DNA of 64,000 nucleotides. Origin: Rebecca billardiae RCC1528 (taxonomy: Eukaryota > Protista > Haptophyta). Within the stretch, counting starts at the first letter, position 1. Each line of letters opens with the position of its first letter. Positions 31,555-42,997 of this stretch are shown here, piece after piece. The translations under genes and the position numbers were made by a program. The notes beneath the pieces are model-generated. The model saw only the letters and a program-made list of their open reading frames with translations. It was not told where the DNA came from and ran no database searches. The stretch lies in contig OZ251226.1 in the NCBI GenBank assembly GCA_965240325.2, forward strand, positions 1,426,001-1,490,000, in the 5' to 3' direction.

Positions 31555-32160
31555 ATGACGGTCATCAGCCGGATGACGCTCATCAACCACTTCGTGCGGC
31601 TCTTCATGCTGATCGCGCTCGCCCTTCCGGTGTCGCACGCGTACCATGGCTTGCCGGGTCGCGTGCAGCTTGCCTCCCCCGTCATCTCGCGCGCTCCCCG
31701 TCGCCATCGCAGGGCGGCCATCACGTCTGTTGACATGCCGAGCGGCCAGGAGCTCTGGGCGGCCGCGCACGACGCGTGGGAGAGCGTGAGGGCGAGGGTG
31801 ATCTTCGAGCGCGGCGCGCTGCGGATTCTCGACCCTGACCTCGCCGCGTTCGTTGGCGGCGCGGTGGGTGTGATTGGCACCGTCGAGTCCATCATGGCTC
31901 GCCGGCGTGCCGTGCGCGATCGGCTGACGTGCGTCTACTGCGACGGCTCCGGCTCGCTGGGCTGCGGCGTGTGCTTCGGAACAGGCATCGGGAGCGACGG
32001 CCTGCCGTGCGGCGCGTGCTCGGGCACGGGCAAGGTGGACTGCGTCTCCTGCCAGGGCTCGGGTAACTCCGTGCTCCTGGCTGAGGACCGCAACCTGATC
32101 CGCGAGCTCGCCGGGCTCGGCACGATGACGGGCGAGCTCGAAACGGAGATCGACCGCTGA
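31555..32160 (+). CDS. ORANGE-like DnaJ-type zinc-finger protein with plastid presequence (alternative start 31573)
   Basis: Signal peptide (LFMLIALALPVSHA) followed by an Arg-rich transit peptide. AAFVGGAVGVIGT matches the ORANGE SFxGGAVGV motif. There are four CxxCxGxG repeats: CVYCDGSG, CGVCFGTG, CGACSGTG and CVSCQGSG. Confidence 0.8.
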   Translation: MTVISRMTLINHFVRLFMLIALALPVSHAYHGLPGRVQLASPVISRAPRRHRRAAITSVDMPSGQELWAAAHDAWESVRARVIFERGALRILDPDLAAFVGGAVGVIGTVESIMARRRAVRDRLTCVYCDGSGSLGCGVCFGTGIGSDGLPCGACSGTGKVDCVSCQGSGNSVLLAEDRNLIRELAGLGTMTGELETEIDR

Positions 32161-32896
32161 GCAGCGCGTGGTGCAGGTGGTTTGCTACGCGGGAGGAGAG
32201 TGACGCGCACGACCAGGCGGTGGCTGGCCAGCCGGCAGGAGGCTGCCTGCGGCGCTGGCACGTTCTGCGCTGCGCTGGAGAGTTACCCGATCCGCGATTT
32301 GCTCTGTGATCTGTCACCATTCGACACGCGCCGTGAGTAACGCCGTCGGTCGTGTTGCCCCTCACTGCGGCGACGGCCTCCACGGCCTCCGCGCGCTCGG
32401 CACCTCCTCGACCGCACTGCTGTCTGAGTGGCAGCTGCCAGTACACCGTGCGGCCAGTGATTCATCGCTTCAACCGCCTGCAGCAGTCCGTCAGTGTCAC
32501 CGACACCTGTCATCGGGGCTCCTTCTCTCTCCCTGAGTCCCGTCCATCATCCACGAGTCGTTGTTAATCATACGGGTAACTGACGAATTGCCCATCCAAT
32601 AATGCACCCGACCCGAGGGCAATCGATGAAGACCCTTTCATCAGGGACTTCCTTTGCTTTCAGTGCCGCGCGCGGTGAAGCCGAAAAGGCGTGCTCGCTT
32701 TTTTGCCGCAGGTTGTTTCCACAACAACCCTCGAACGAAACTCATCGCAGGGAATTCCGGACGACCCACCCCGCAACAGCAAAACGCACCCGGCCGCGAG
32801 CGTGCACCTTTGAAGACGCAGCAGCACCAGGCAGTGCCGTCAAATCACCAGTTCCTCTCGCTCGGCCCCGACGCGCTCGCGGCCCTCCAGCGCGCG

Positions 32897-35800
32897 ATGG
32901 CGAGCGGCGCGCTCGCTACCCTTCTCGGTGCAGGCGTGATGACGGGTGGATCGTCACGCATCGCCCCTGCCCCCACCAGCCTCATCCGTCTCGACCTCGG
33001 CCGGCTTGACGCCAGCAACGCATCCTCACTCGCCGCGGTGCACGGCATCGCAGGCGCGCCGCCGCGCATGTGCGTGGGGCGCGACGAGTTCAACACGAGC
33101 CTGGCCATCGTGCCGTGTGACGAGGCCCGGGCCGAGTGGGCCGGCTCGCCCGTCTCCCAGCTCCGCCTCGTCAGCCCGTCCGAGAACCTCGCGGAGGGGC
33201 TGAAGCGGCACCTGCTCCTTTCATTTGGCGGCCGCCGCCGGGCGCGCGCCGCGCACGCGGCGGCGGCGGGCTCGCCCGCGACGCCGCTCCTCGTGTCCGA
33301 TCCCGAAGGGTTCTCCTGCCTCGGCACGCGCCGCGGCTGGTTCGGCGGCGACGGCGCGCCCGCGCTCGTCGCGTGCGAGTCGAGCCGGCGGCGCGCTTGG
33401 ACGGTGCAGACGCCGCCGCCGCCAGACGGCAAGTGCAGCGTGCTCACGCCGACGGCGCCGCCGTCGCCGCCTGGCTGGAGGGACGACGCGGCGCGGCTCG
33501 CGCCCGATCGCGTGCTCTGCCTCGGCCGCGCGGGCGAGCGCTGCCTCGCGCGCGTCGCGCCGCGCAAGGGCGCGCGCGGCGTGTGGCCGCTGGCACCCGC
33601 CGGGCCCATCACACCGCCTGCGTGGCTCGCGACGCGGCTGGTGCGCGGCGCGAGCAAGCAGCGCTTCGCGATGGTGCCGCGCAAGGGCCAGCGCGGCCGC
33701 ACGCTCGCCGGCGTCCGGCCGGCCACCAGCCCGGACATCGACCCGGACTGGGACGAGGAGGACGAGCTGCCGGCGGCCGCGGGCGCGCAGACCGGCTTTG
33801 GCGCCGCGCGCGCGGAGGGCAACGCGACCGTGCGCGCCGACGGCACGGTGGAGTGCGCGCGGGGCGCGGAGACGGCGGAGTGCGCCGCGGCGTGCGCCAT
33901 TCGCGTCAGCGCCAACGCCTCCAACGCGTCGGCGGGCGGCGAGACCGAGTGCGCCGCCGCCGCCGCGGGCGCGCGCGCGGCGTGCGCGGCGGCGCACGCG
34001 GCCGCGCAGGGCGACGGCAGCGTGCTCGGTGGCGGCGGCTCGGCGGCGGCGGCGCTGGGCGGCGGCGGCGGCGGCGCCGGCTCGTGGAGCCGCGCGTCGA
34101 TCTGTGCCGCGCTCGTCATGCTCTTCTGCGCCGCCGTCCTCTTCTGGGAGCTCGTGCGCCCGGCGGCCGCGCGGCTGCAACCGCTGCTCGGCGCAGGCAA
34201 GGCGGCGGGCGCCAGCGCGGACGAGTCGGGGCGGCCGGCGCCGCCGCCCGAGCACGCGCCGCCGCGGCCCGGGCGCGTGGCGGCGGTGGCGGCGGCGGCG
34301 GAGGAGGCGGCCGCGCCCTCGCCGCCCTCGCCGCGCGACTCCCCGCCGCGCGAGCCGCCCACCAGCCCCGAGGCGCTCACCACGGACGCGGCCATGTCGC
34401 AGGTCGAGGCGGCGTTGGCACGCGTCGAGATAGTGCAGGCGGCCGCGGCCGCGGCGCTCGCGGCGGCGGAGGAGGAGGCGCGCGCGGACGAGGCGACGGC
34501 GGCGGTGCTCGCGACCGCGCGCGAGCTCCGGCTCAGCTCGCCGCGCACACCGCGCGGCAGCGCGCACGCCGAGAGCGGCAGCGCCGCCGCCGCCGCGGAC
34601 GACGAGCGCACGCCTGCCTCGGGCGCGTCCACGCCTCCGGGGCCGGCGCGGCCGACGGCGGACGTGGGCGGCGGCGGCGGCGCGGCGGCGATGGTGGAGG
34701 CGGGGTTGGCGTCGGGCGCGGCGGGGGTGCGCGTGACGCCGATGCGCGCGCCGCCGCCCGTCGCCGCCGCCGCCGCCTCGCGCCGCGGCCCGGCCCTCGC
34801 CCACGACGTGGCCGAGCAGCCGGCGCCGCAGGTGGCGGAGGCGGCGATGGCGCGCGCGGCCGCGGCCGCGGCCGCGGCCGCGCGCGCCGCGCAGCTTGCG
34901 AAGGGCGAGGCGGACGGCGACGAGGGCTCGGAGGAGGCGGAGGACGACGATGCGGACGAGGACACCGAGGGGCCGATGCCGGGCTCGTCGCCCGAGCCCG
35001 CCTCCAAGCACGCGCCCGCCCAGCCGGCGGGCAGCGGCAGCGGCAGCGCGGCCGACGGCTTGAGCGGAGCCGCCAAGCCCGCGGCCGCGGCCGTGGCCGC
35101 GGCCGGCGGCGCCGCCGCCGCCGCCGGCGTCGCGGCGTGCGCCGCCGCCACCGCCGCCGCGGCGCGCAGCTGGCCCGCCGTCGCGCCGAGTGCGAGCGAG
35201 GCGAGCAAGCTCGCCGCGACCACCGACGTCACCGCCCTCAGCGCGCCCGAGCCCGCGCCCGAGCCCGCCGCCGAGGGCGAGGCCGCGGTGAGCGGCGCGC
35301 GCGCGCGCGCGCTCGCCGCCCTCGCCGCTCTGGGCAAGGACGAGGCCGCCGCCGCCGCGGCGAAGGGCGGGCCGCGGGGCGGGCTGGGGCGGGCAAAGAC
35401 GATGGGCGGCTCGAGCTCTGCCGCGCCGGGCGGCGCGCGCGGCGTGGGCACGATGGCCGCCGCCGCCGCCACCGCCGCATGCGGCTACACGGACACGGCG
35501 CGCGCTTGCCTGAGCGGAGGCGGCGGCGCGCGGCCGGGCGGCGCGGGCGCGCGCCGGCCCGCCGAGGCGGCGCAGCGCGTGTCGCGCGCGATCGCAGAGT
35601 CGACCGTCGCGTCGGCGATGAGCTCGGCGGTGCGCGCGGCCGTCGAGCGCGCGGCGAGCGCCGCGGGGCAGCCCTCCGCCGAGGCCGCGCCCGCCGCGCT
35701 CCACCCGCGCCGCGCCGCCGCCGCCGCCTCGGCCGCCGCGGCCGCGCGCGCCGGCTACCAGCCGTTCCTGCGCAGCAGCACGGGCGGCGGCGGCGGCGAG

Positions 35801-38800
35801 GGGAGCGGCGGGCGCGCGAGGGCGCAGCCGCACCCGGCGGCGACGCCGTCGCGCAGCTCGGCGCCGCCCGCGCCGTACGCCGCCGCGTCGGACGCGGACG
35901 AGGCGGCGGCACACGGCGCTGCGGCCGGCGCCGCCGCGCACGAGGGCGCGGGCGCGGGCGCGGGCGAGCGCGCGTCGGCGGGCACGCCGCCCGCGGCCGT
36001 GCGCGCCGCGCCCGGCCCGCTCCGGCCGCACCACTCCGCCGTCCGCCCGCCGCCCGCCGCGCGCTGGCAGATGCAGATGCAGGGCGCGCCGGGCGCCGCG
36101 CGCGACGCGCGCGCGCACTCCAGCGGCGGCTGCTCCTCTGCGACGCACACGCCCACCGCTGCGTCGCGCGCCACGTCTGAGCAGCTGTCTGCCGGCGGGC
36201 TGCTGCTGTCCGGCACGTCGGCGGCGACGACGGCGACGCCGCCGGGCGGGCCGACGCCGATGTGGCGGGACACGCGCGCGCGCGCCAGCGCCGCCGGCGC
36301 GGAGAGCGCGCCCACCTCGTCACTCCACTCGCCGCCGTCCGCCGACGCGTCGCTCGCGTCCGCGCGACACACGACCGCCGACAACTCCGCCTCCGAGCTG
36401 GACAACCCGAGCTGCACCGACGCGGGCGCGGGCGGCGGCGGCGGCGCGCCGGCGGGCAAGAAGCTGAAGGGGCGCGACTCCGCCGGCACGCCCTCGACCA
36501 TCAACTCGCCGCAGCCCGAGGCCGACGGCGCGCGCCGGCTGCCGACACCCGCAAGCAGCTCGCCGCTGCACGCGCGCCGCGCGCGCTCGCCGGCCGCCGT
36601 GCAGACGCCGTATGCGCGCCGCGAGGAGGAAGAGGAGGAGGAGGCGGCGGGCGGCAGCGGCGCGGGCGGTGCGCCGCGCGCCGGCTCGGCGCAGCCCGCC
36701 GCGCTCCCGCCGCCGCCCGGCGACGACGTCCTCGAGGCGATGGCGCCCCTCTTCGAGTTTGGCAGCGGGCGCGACGAGACGGGCCGCGCGCACGCCGACG
36801 CGCCGCTCGAGTTTGCGCCGCTGCCCGCCACGCCGGAGGGCGTGCGCGCGGCGGCGCAGCGCGCGGCGTCGGACTCGCTCGACCACGACGGCGGCGGGAC
36901 GGAGCGGCGCGAGGCGCTCGAGAACTCCGCCGTCGCCGCGTACCACTACCGCGAGGGCATGCGCGCCAACACGGAAGGCGCGACCGCGCGCGCAGCGGGT
37001 CACTTCTCGGCGTCGCTCGTCGTGTGGCCGTCGGTGCCGACGCTTCTCTCGCTCGCCAACATGCACCTCAAGCTCGGGGGGCCGTGCGCGGTGCGCGCGT
37101 GCGCGGCGAGCCGCGGCCGCCGCCGCAGCCGTGCCGCGCGCCTCGCTGCCCGCTCAGCAGACCCGCGGCCGCGCCGCCGGCCGCCCGCTCGGCCCGCCGG
37201 CCTGCCTGCTGCGCGCCACGCCCCGCGCTGCTGACGGCTCGATCTGACCGGCCCCCGCCCTCTCCCGCGTCGCCGCGCCCGCGCCGTGCGTCTGTGCGTG
37301 TGTCGCGCCCGCGCTCTCGGCGCGCGCCCGTCGCGGCTGGCGCGCGCGCAGGCGGTGGCGGAGGCGGTGTACCGCGCGCTGCTGCGGCGCGGCGCGCCCT
37401 CCGACTCGGCCGCCCTGTCTGTGGATGGCTCGGTGCTCGGCTCGGCCGCGGTCGTCGAGCTGACCTCGGGCCAGCGCCGGCTGCTGCGGCGCAAGCTGGA
37501 CGAGGTGCGCGCGCCGCGCGGCCCAGGCGCGCGGGCCGCGAGCCGAGAGCCCGCGCGGCCGCACCGCCGCCGCACCGCGCGCGCGCAGCAGCCGCTCGCG
37601 CGCCCTCGCGCCTGGGCCACGCGGCGCGCGCCTGCCCGCCGCCCCGCCCGCCGCCATCCCACCGCCATCCCCGCCCCTCCGCCGCCCCTCGGCTGCGCCC
37701 GGCCGCTCCCCACGGCGCGCGACGCGCAGGTCGCCGAGCGGAAGCGCAAGTCGGTGCAGTCGCTCCGCCGGCGCTCCGAGCCCAGCGCGCTCGCCGCCGT
37801 CGCGTCCACCGTGCCCGCGCGCAGCGCGCGGATCGAGGCGGCGGCGGACGCGGCGGTCACGTGGCTGGCGGTGCACGCGCTGCGGCAGCGCTCGCTCCGG
37901 GTGCGCTTCTCGCTCGCGGACTCGGTGGCGCCGCAGCCCTCGCCCGCCGGCGCGCGCTCCGGCGCGGGCTTCAGCCTGTTCGACCCGCTGCTCGGCGCGG
38001 AGGCGAGCTCGATCGCGGGCGCGGGCAGCACGCCAGGAGCACTGCTCACGCCCGGCAGAGCGGGCGCGCGCGGGTTTGGCGCGGCGGCGGCGGGTGGCGG
38101 CGGCGCGGGCGGCGCGCCGAGCCCGGGCGGCGGCGCGGGCGGCAGCGGCAAGCGCTCGCGCTCCACGCCGCGCGCGTCCACGATGCGCCGCACCGCGTCC
38201 TCGCCGGCGGTGCGCGTCGACGCCGAGGCTTCGGCCGACGCGGGCGGCGCGGGCCGCACCCTCTCCATCCCCGGCTCGGCCGCCGCGCTCAGCGCCGCCG
38301 CCGAGTCGAGCCGGCGCGCCGAGGTGTCGGAGCTGGTCCGGAGGTACGAGGAGATTGCGCAGGCGCGGCGCGCGTCGAGGGAGGCGGCGGAGGGCGGGCT
38401 CTCGCCGCCGCCCAAGCGCGCGAGCGCGGGCGACGCGGAGGCGGAGGGCGGCGCCGACGCGGACGCGTCCACCGCCACCACGCCCGGCCGCACGCGCACC
38501 GGCGGCAGCTTTGCCGCCTCGCCCGGCGCGGAGACGGAGCGGCGCGTGCAGTTTGCCAGGCACGGCACGTCGGGCTCGTTGCTCGCCTCGCCCGTCTCGC
38601 AGCGCCGCCAGCCGCGCCTCCGCGCCGCGTCCGTCGCCGACCTGCGCGAGTCGGTGCTCGCGCCGCCCATGTCGCGCGAGGAGGCGGAGGCGCACGCCGC
38701 GGCGGAGGCGGAGGTGGAGGCGCACATGGCCGCGGCGATGCGCGCCGCGGCGGAGGGCGGCGGCGGCAGCGACGGCGGCGGCGGCAGCGCGCTCTCGTCG

Positions 38801-39357
38801 CCGCCCGCCTCCGGCGCCGCCAGGCGGCGCACGCGCACGCGCAGCGGCAGGATGCGCGCCACCGCGGAGGAGGCGGAGGACGAGAGCCTCGACGCGGCGC
38901 TGCCCGACGGGCTCGCGCCGTCGCCGAGCGGCAAGGCGCCCTCCACCACCTCGTCGTCCGGCCGGCGGCGCAGCCGCGCCCACCTCGAGCCGCACGCGGA
39001 CAGCCCGTCGCCGGCGGCGCGGAGCCGCGGCTGGCGCGCGCTCCGCCCCGCCGTGCGCCTCGGCGCGCAGCTCTCCGCGCGCGCGATGCTCGCGCAGCGG
39101 TACGCGGACGAGGCCGAGCACGTCGCCGCCGAGGCGACCGAGGACCTGCTCGGCCGCCGGATCGACCAGCTCATCGCCAGCCAGCGGCGCACCACCACGA
39201 CGCGCGGCGGCGGCGGCGGCGGCGGCCGGCGCTCGGGCGGCGCCGCGTCGGCCGCGTCGGGCAGCACCGACGTGGTCGGCGGCTGGCGCTTCGTCGACGA
39301 CGACGACGAGGAGAGCGGCTCGGAGGCGGCCGAGAGCGACGGCGAGGACGGCTTTGA

Positions 39358-39396
<39 letters not shown>

Positions 39397-40057
39397 GCTG
39401 ATGGACGAGGAGGAGGAGGCCGCGCGGCAGCGGGGCGCGGCGCGGCGCAAGGGCACCGCCGTGCCGGGCCACTTTGCGTTCGTCGACGCGGCGCTCGACG
39501 ACATGGGCGGCTCGGGCAGCTCGCGGCGCGCCTCCACGTCCGCGCCGCAGTTTGTGAGCGCGCTGCCGAGCCGCCGCCCGTCCGTGGCGCGCGGCGCCGA
39601 GCCGCCGCGCCCGACGCGGCGCGGGGCCTCGATGCTCCTCTCGAAGAAGGGCGCGGCGGGCGGCGGCTCGTTTGGCGTGCCGCCGCGCCGCGCGAGCGCG
39701 TGCGCGTACGGCGGCACGCACTCGGCGCACGCGCACACGCACTCGCAGGCCATGGCCGCCGCGGTCGCCATCGCGGCCGCGGGCATGGACGAGGACTCCG
39801 ACTCGTCCGTGCCCTCCTCCGCCGCCGGCTTCGCCGGCGACACTCGGTACACCACGTCGGTCCCGCCGCCCGTGCCGTACGGCGTGCAGATGGGCACGGC
39901 CGTGGCCGCGCGCGCGGCGGGCGGGCGGCAGCTCTCCCGCCCGACCAACGACGTCGTGCGCGTCGGCCTCGGCCTCCCGCCAAAGATCGGCAGCGCCGGC
40001 ACCTCCGCGTCGTCGGAGGGCTCGAGGGGCGCGGCGCCGTGGAAGCGCGGCCGATGA
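32897..40057 (+). CDS. Giant (~2220 aa) Ala/Pro/Gly-rich single-pass membrane protein with Cys-rich ectodomain and a TPR-like unit; exons 32897-37090, 37352-37504, 37730-40057
   Basis: Two long ORFs are joined in frame by GT-AG introns. The N-terminal region has spaced C..W motifs reminiscent of ricin-B, plus N-glycosylation sequons. The TM segment is SICAALVMLFCAAVLFWELV. The TPR-like unit is YREGMRAN...HFSASLVVWPSVPTLLSLANMHLKLG. An acidic tract lies at ~39300-39420. Confidence 0.65.
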
Positions 40058-40887
40058 GCGGCCGCCTATGCTTTGCATGACATGGTAGTGGCAGTCGTAG
40101 TAGCAGAGTAGAATGTGGCGTAGCTGCTAGTATAGTCGTACTAAATATGAACGGCTACTACTCAGTTTTCAGTAGGCCATCTTCAGAAGTGACTAAAGTC
40201 AAAGTGAGACGACTCGCGGACTGATCGCGGACATATCGGACGTTGGACAGGGCCACGCGAGACGCGAGTCCGACTCGGCGACGCGAGCTCGCGCTGAGCG
40301 CGGGGAGTCGGGCCTCCCCCGCCCTCTGGGGAGCCGGGGAGGTTTGCATACGACTACCGCGCCATAGGCATGACGATGATTATATCCATATACAGCAATT
40401 AATTACTAACGAGTAACGGTTAGCGGCTCAGTCTGCGTAATATCCGGTTATACTGATACTCTTATTACTTATAGCCTCGTCCGAATTGGCCCGCGCGGTG
40501 AAGTTCGCCGGCCGTCGAAGGCCCGGACTGACTCATTTACTGAGTCTCAATTCACAATAATTGATGATGAGTCTCGGAAGGATCACCGCCACCGCACCAC
40601 GTTGACGAGTGACACTGTCACTGGGCACACTGGCGACTGGCGGTCACTGCTGTTCCCAGCTGCTCAACATCGGTCGGCGAGGGCGACCACGTGCTCACCG
40701 CCCTGTCTGCGGCGGAGCGCACGGCGATCGAGAAGCGCTTCTACGCCGAGCTCGGCATACCCACGCGTCTTCCCGCCGCCGTTCTTCGCACGGCGTGTAG
40801 CTTCGCCGCGAGCAGTGAGCAGGCATCACGGGCGCCGGCTCGTCGCCGCGACCGCAGGACTGCGCCGACGTCGGCCCCACTGGGGCT

Positions 40888-41784
40888 TCACGAGCCACGG
40901 TAGGTGGAGTACGACCATGGCGAGCACAGCAGTGGCACGTGGTAGTGCTTCTCCGGGTTGTCGATGCCAAAGCGCAGCGGCACGTCCGCGAGGAAGGGCG
41001 TGCCTGCCATCGGCGTGCCCTTCACCGCGTAGTACTCGCCGACGGCAAACATCCACTCGTACACGCCCTCGGCGAAGCTCTCGCCGGCGAGCGCGGGGCC
41101 GTCGAGCCGGCCGTCCGAGTTGGTGATGAACGTGCCGATCACCTTTGGCTCAGCCGGCCCGTCCGTCGCGCCCGAGCCTCCGAGGTAGCGCAGCGTGACA
41201 GGCAGGCCAGCCGCGGGGCAGCCGTGCGCCGTGTCCAGCACGTGGCAGGTGAGCTTGCCCGTCGGTGCCGGCGGTGCGATGAGGCGAAGGCGCATCCACG
41301 CGATCTTGCGCACCTGCGCGAGGCACTCGGCCATCTCCACCCCGGGTGAGTTCTGCAGCCGCCGCTCGAACGACCCCAGGATGATGCGCTTGGACGCGTT
41401 GCGCACGGCGAGGATGAACGGGAAGCCAAACTTGCTCTTGTACGCGTCGTTGAGCGCGGTGAATTTGGCCATCTCGTCCGGCGTGAGGGCGCCCAGGCCG
41501 GCGCGCTTTTGCTCGTCGGTCGACTCCGCCGTGAGGTCGCCGGCGATCGCCGCCTTGCCCGCGAGGTCGGGGTGCGCGCGCAGCAGCGCGAGCTGCTCGT
41601 CGGCCGACGCGCCCGTCACCACCTCCCACATCGCCTCGTCCATGGCGCTCAGCGAGTCGAAGGGGGCCGCCCGGGCGTGGGCGCGCTCGGCGATCCACGG
41701 CGAGTTCTCGTACACCGGACCGACCGCCGAGACGAAGGCGCCCGCCTCGAGCGCACCGAGCTGCATCGCCGACGTGAACTGCAT
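40888..41784 (-). CDS. TTL: Bifunctional OHCU decarboxylase / 5-hydroxyisourate hydrolase (allantoin synthase, transthyretin-like)
   Basis: YENSPWIA, LLRAHPDLAG, STDEQKRAGL and YKSKFGFPFILAVR (UraD domain). These are followed by LTCHVLDTAHGCPA, TNSDGR and HYHVPLLCSPWSYSTYRGS (HIUase domain with C-terminal YRGS). Confidence 0.95.
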   Translation of the reverse strand: MQFTSAMQLGALEAGAFVSAVGPVYENSPWIAERAHARAAPFDSLSAMDEAMWEVVTGASADEQLALLRAHPDLAGKAAIAGDLTAESTDEQKRAGLGALTPDEMAKFTALNDAYKSKFGFPFILAVRNASKRIILGSFERRLQNSPGVEMAECLAQVRKIAWMRLRLIAPPAPTGKLTCHVLDTAHGCPAAGLPVTLRYLGGSGATDGPAEPKVIGTFITNSDGRLDGPALAGESFAEGVYEWMFAVGEYYAVKGTPMAGTPFLADVPLRFGIDNPEKHYHVPLLCSPWSYSTYRGS

Positions 41785-42034
41785 GCTCCGCGAGTTGATG
41801 GGCCGAGCGTGATGCACACGGCCACCTACCGTAGCTGAGTAGTAGCTGAAGTCAGTCTCCGTCTGGGCGTCTGGTCCTTGGTCTGGTGGCGATCTGCAAG
41901 CCACCTGACGACGACGGTGAACGGGTGAAGCCACTGTCTATTTCTTTGCCACTGTCTTCTCTACACTGCTTCGTCACTATGCGCAGACCCTGTTCTCAAC
42001 AGTCATCACTTGATCCGTTCAGTCAATCTGCAGC

Positions 42035-42685
42035 ATGGCGTCGTCGTATCTCCCTGGGACGCTGGGAATGGTGGTCCTACTCGGCCTCCTCATCCGGAAG
42101 AGGATAACGTTTCGACGAAGAGGACTGACGAGGGTACGCGCGCTTGTTGTCCTCGGCTCCGGTGGCCACACGTCCGAGATGCTGCGCCTGCTGCAGCAGC
42201 TCGTGCTCCGCAAGGGCGGGGTGTACCACGAGGTGCGCTTTGTGGTCGCCGACACGGACGCCTCCAGCCGCAAGAGCGCTGAGGGCGTTCTGTCCGAGTG
42301 TGCGCATATGGAGCATCCACCGCATGTCGAGTTCGTCACCATCCCTCGCAGCCGGGAAGTGGGCCAGCCGTACCTGACATCTGTCCTGACCACTGCGCGC
42401 GCCGCATGGCGTGCCCTCCACATTGTGCACTCCGCCGATCCGCACATACTCCTGTGCAACGGGCCTGGGACGTGCCTTCCGGTCTGTGTGGCAGCCATCC
42501 TGAGGCGGGCTCTTGTCGGCGGGACGCCGACCATCGTGTACATTGAGAGCATCGCCCGTGTGCACACACTGTCCCTCACCGGGAAGCTCATCATGATGCT
42601 GCACCTGGCCGATGCGTTCCTTGTGCAATGGCCCCAACTTGCGGCGCGCTACCCGCGTGCATGCTTCATCGGGCGGCTGTGTTGA
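42035..42685 (+). CDS. ALG14: UDP-N-acetylglucosamine transferase subunit ALG14
   Basis: N-terminal TM segment, VLGSGGHTSEM, IPRSREVGQ, LCNGPGTC, YIESIARVHTLSLTGK and FLVQWP. Confidence 0.95.
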   Translation: MASSYLPGTLGMVVLLGLLIRKRITFRRRGLTRVRALVVLGSGGHTSEMLRLLQQLVLRKGGVYHEVRFVVADTDASSRKSAEGVLSECAHMEHPPHVEFVTIPRSREVGQPYLTSVLTTARAAWRALHIVHSADPHILLCNGPGTCLPVCVAAILRRALVGGTPTIVYIESIARVHTLSLTGKLIMMLHLADAFLVQWPQLAARYPRACFIGRLC

Positions 42686-42921
42686 CCATGGGCTGTCCCG
42701 TTGGTGGCCTGGCTGACATGCAGGTTGCGCAGGGCTCATCGCATGGCGAGGAAACAGACAACGTCGGCTTTCCGGGCCGCACCCTGTACGACAACATGTA
42801 TTCCGCGCCTGCTGCTGATTCGCCTGATTCGTCATTTCGTCTCAATCTTCTGCCTTCTGGCGTCGCCGCGTAGCATGCACTCGCACAGTTCGTTCGATCA
42901 ATTCTGATCTTCTCAGAATGA

Positions 42922-42923
<2 letters not shown>

Positions 42924-42994
<71 letters not shown>
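42924..42994. repeat. (TA)n microsatellite
   Basis: About 70 bp of pure TA run. Confidence 0.95.
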
Positions 42995-42997
<3 letters not shown>

